Assembly (NCBI GenBank): GCA_036676985.1
Contig: JAKFBU010000070.1
Coordinates: 1-18,062, forward strand
Length of the DNA: 18,062 bases
Source of the DNA: Candidatus Sericytochromatia bacterium
GTDB lineage: Bacteria > Cyanobacteriota > Sericytochromatia > S15B-MN24 > UBA4093
Direction: 5' to 3'
Position 1 is the first letter of the stretch, and each line of letters starts with the position of its first letter. The notes below the pieces were generated by a model. It was not told the origin of the DNA and ran no database searches. It worked only from the letters and a program-made list of their open reading frames with translations. The position numbers and the translations under genes were made by a program. Of this stretch, positions 17,172-18,062 are shown piece after piece.

Positions 17172-18062
17172 ATGGCCCATCGTCGCTGGTCGCTCGTCGC
17201 CTTGTTCGGTACCCTGGCGCTCACCGTTACGGCCTCTCATGCGGCCGCCTTACCCTCGGTGACTCCGGCCGGACAGCTGTCCCTGCCTTATTCCCATCGC
17301 TTCACGACCCGGAACCGGCTCGTGAGCACGCCGACCTTCACCCTCGCCTCGGGCCTCCGCGACGGGCTGGAGGCCTCCTTGCGCCTCGCGCTCGACTCGG
17401 ACATCCAGCGCTCGGCGGCGGAATTCGAGCCCCGCCTCACCTATCAGCTGGGGGCCGGGGCCGCCCCCTGGAGCCTCTCTGTCGCCACCGCCTTCAACTC
17501 CGCCGCCGTCTCGGCGGATCTCGCCCTCTCCGCAGCCTACGACCTCGGTCCCCTGGCGCTCCGGGCCTCGACCTACGGCTTTTCGTCCGGCTACGGCGTG
17601 GGAGGGCCCACGGCCGCCATGGGCCTGGGCATCGACTGGCGGATCCTCGACTGGATCACGGCCAGGGCCGACTACGGCGGGGTGGTGTACGCGCAGGATC
17701 TGGAGGCGATCGCCAACCAGCTGTTGCCCATCGGCCTCACGCAGGCCTGGCGAGCGGGGCTCATGCTCGGCGCGGCCGGGGACCAGAGCCTCGAGCTCTA
17801 CGTGACCAACAGCCACACGCATACCCTACAGGGCCTCAGCCGGGGCAGCGACCAGATCCAGGTCGGCTTCGAGTACAGCATGCCCCTGTGGCGCATGCCG
17901 GCCCCGGCCCCCGACATCTCGCTGCCGCCGTTCAAGGGCATGCAGGATCCCTTCGCCGTCTCCATGCGGCCGGCACCGGCGACGCCCGTGCCCCTGCCCC
18001 TCTACGAAGAGGTGCCGGCCATCCGGATCGCCCCGGCGATCGCCACCCGCCCCTCCCCCAAG
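17172..18062 (+). CDS. Secreted outer-membrane beta-barrel-like protein with Pro-rich extension, 3' end outside window
   Basis: Missing from the ORF track (no stop). ATG 17172 after GGAGG. Signal peptide MAHRRWSLVALFGTLALTVTASHA, amphipathic strands with SHRF, LELYVTNS and QIQVGFEYSMP, then a Pro-rich tail. Loosely DUF5777-like. Confidence 0.75.
   Translation, partial: MAHRRWSLVALFGTLALTVTASHAAALPSVTPAGQLSLPYSHRFTTRNRLVSTPTFTLASGLRDGLEASLRLALDSDIQRSAAEFEPRLTYQLGAGAAPWSLSVATAFNSAAVSADLALSAAYDLGPLALRASTYGFSSGYGVGGPTAAMGLGIDWRILDWITARADYGGVVYAQDLEAIANQLLPIGLTQAWRAGLMLGAAGDQSLELYVTNSHTHTLQGLSRGSDQIQVGFEYSMPLWRMPAPAPDISLPPFKGMQDPFAVSMRPAPATPVPLPLYEEVPAIRIAPAIATRPSPK

Noticed and set aside
16503-18062. 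tRNA-Leu as the integration site of an island
   Set aside because: No integrase, no duplicated tRNA 3' end in the window, and an intact terminator follows the tRNA.

Overview
GC-rich bacterial chromosomal window from a diderm organism (two outer-membrane beta-barrel genes). The right two-thirds is a housekeeping run: aroC-aroQ-[lipoprotein]-Xaa-Pro peptidase-efp-accB-accC-nusB-ftsY, then a convergent infA and tRNA-Leu(TAG). The extended cyanobacterial-style NusB and the efp-accB and nusB-ftsY linkages suggest, by inference only, a non-photosynthetic relative of Cyanobacteria such as Sericytochromatia. The left third is accessory and metal/envelope related: an M23 peptidase running off the left edge, a Cyc2-like monoheme cytochrome-porin with Cluster-1-type motifs, an orphan hydrophobic protein, a CopB-type Cu ATPase, a DUF3147-like protein and glycerate kinase. 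The best candidates for something new are: (1) the Cyc2-like putative Fe(II) oxidase in this apparent lineage; (2) an unannotated ~130-nt structured RNA at 5372-5502 with its own -10 element and terminator; (3) a palindromic box shared by that RNA's promoter and the cyc2 promoter at nearly the same distance from the -10; and (4) a tandem pair of covarying hairpin elements between ftsY and infA. All family assignments come from motif recognition by eye, not database searches.
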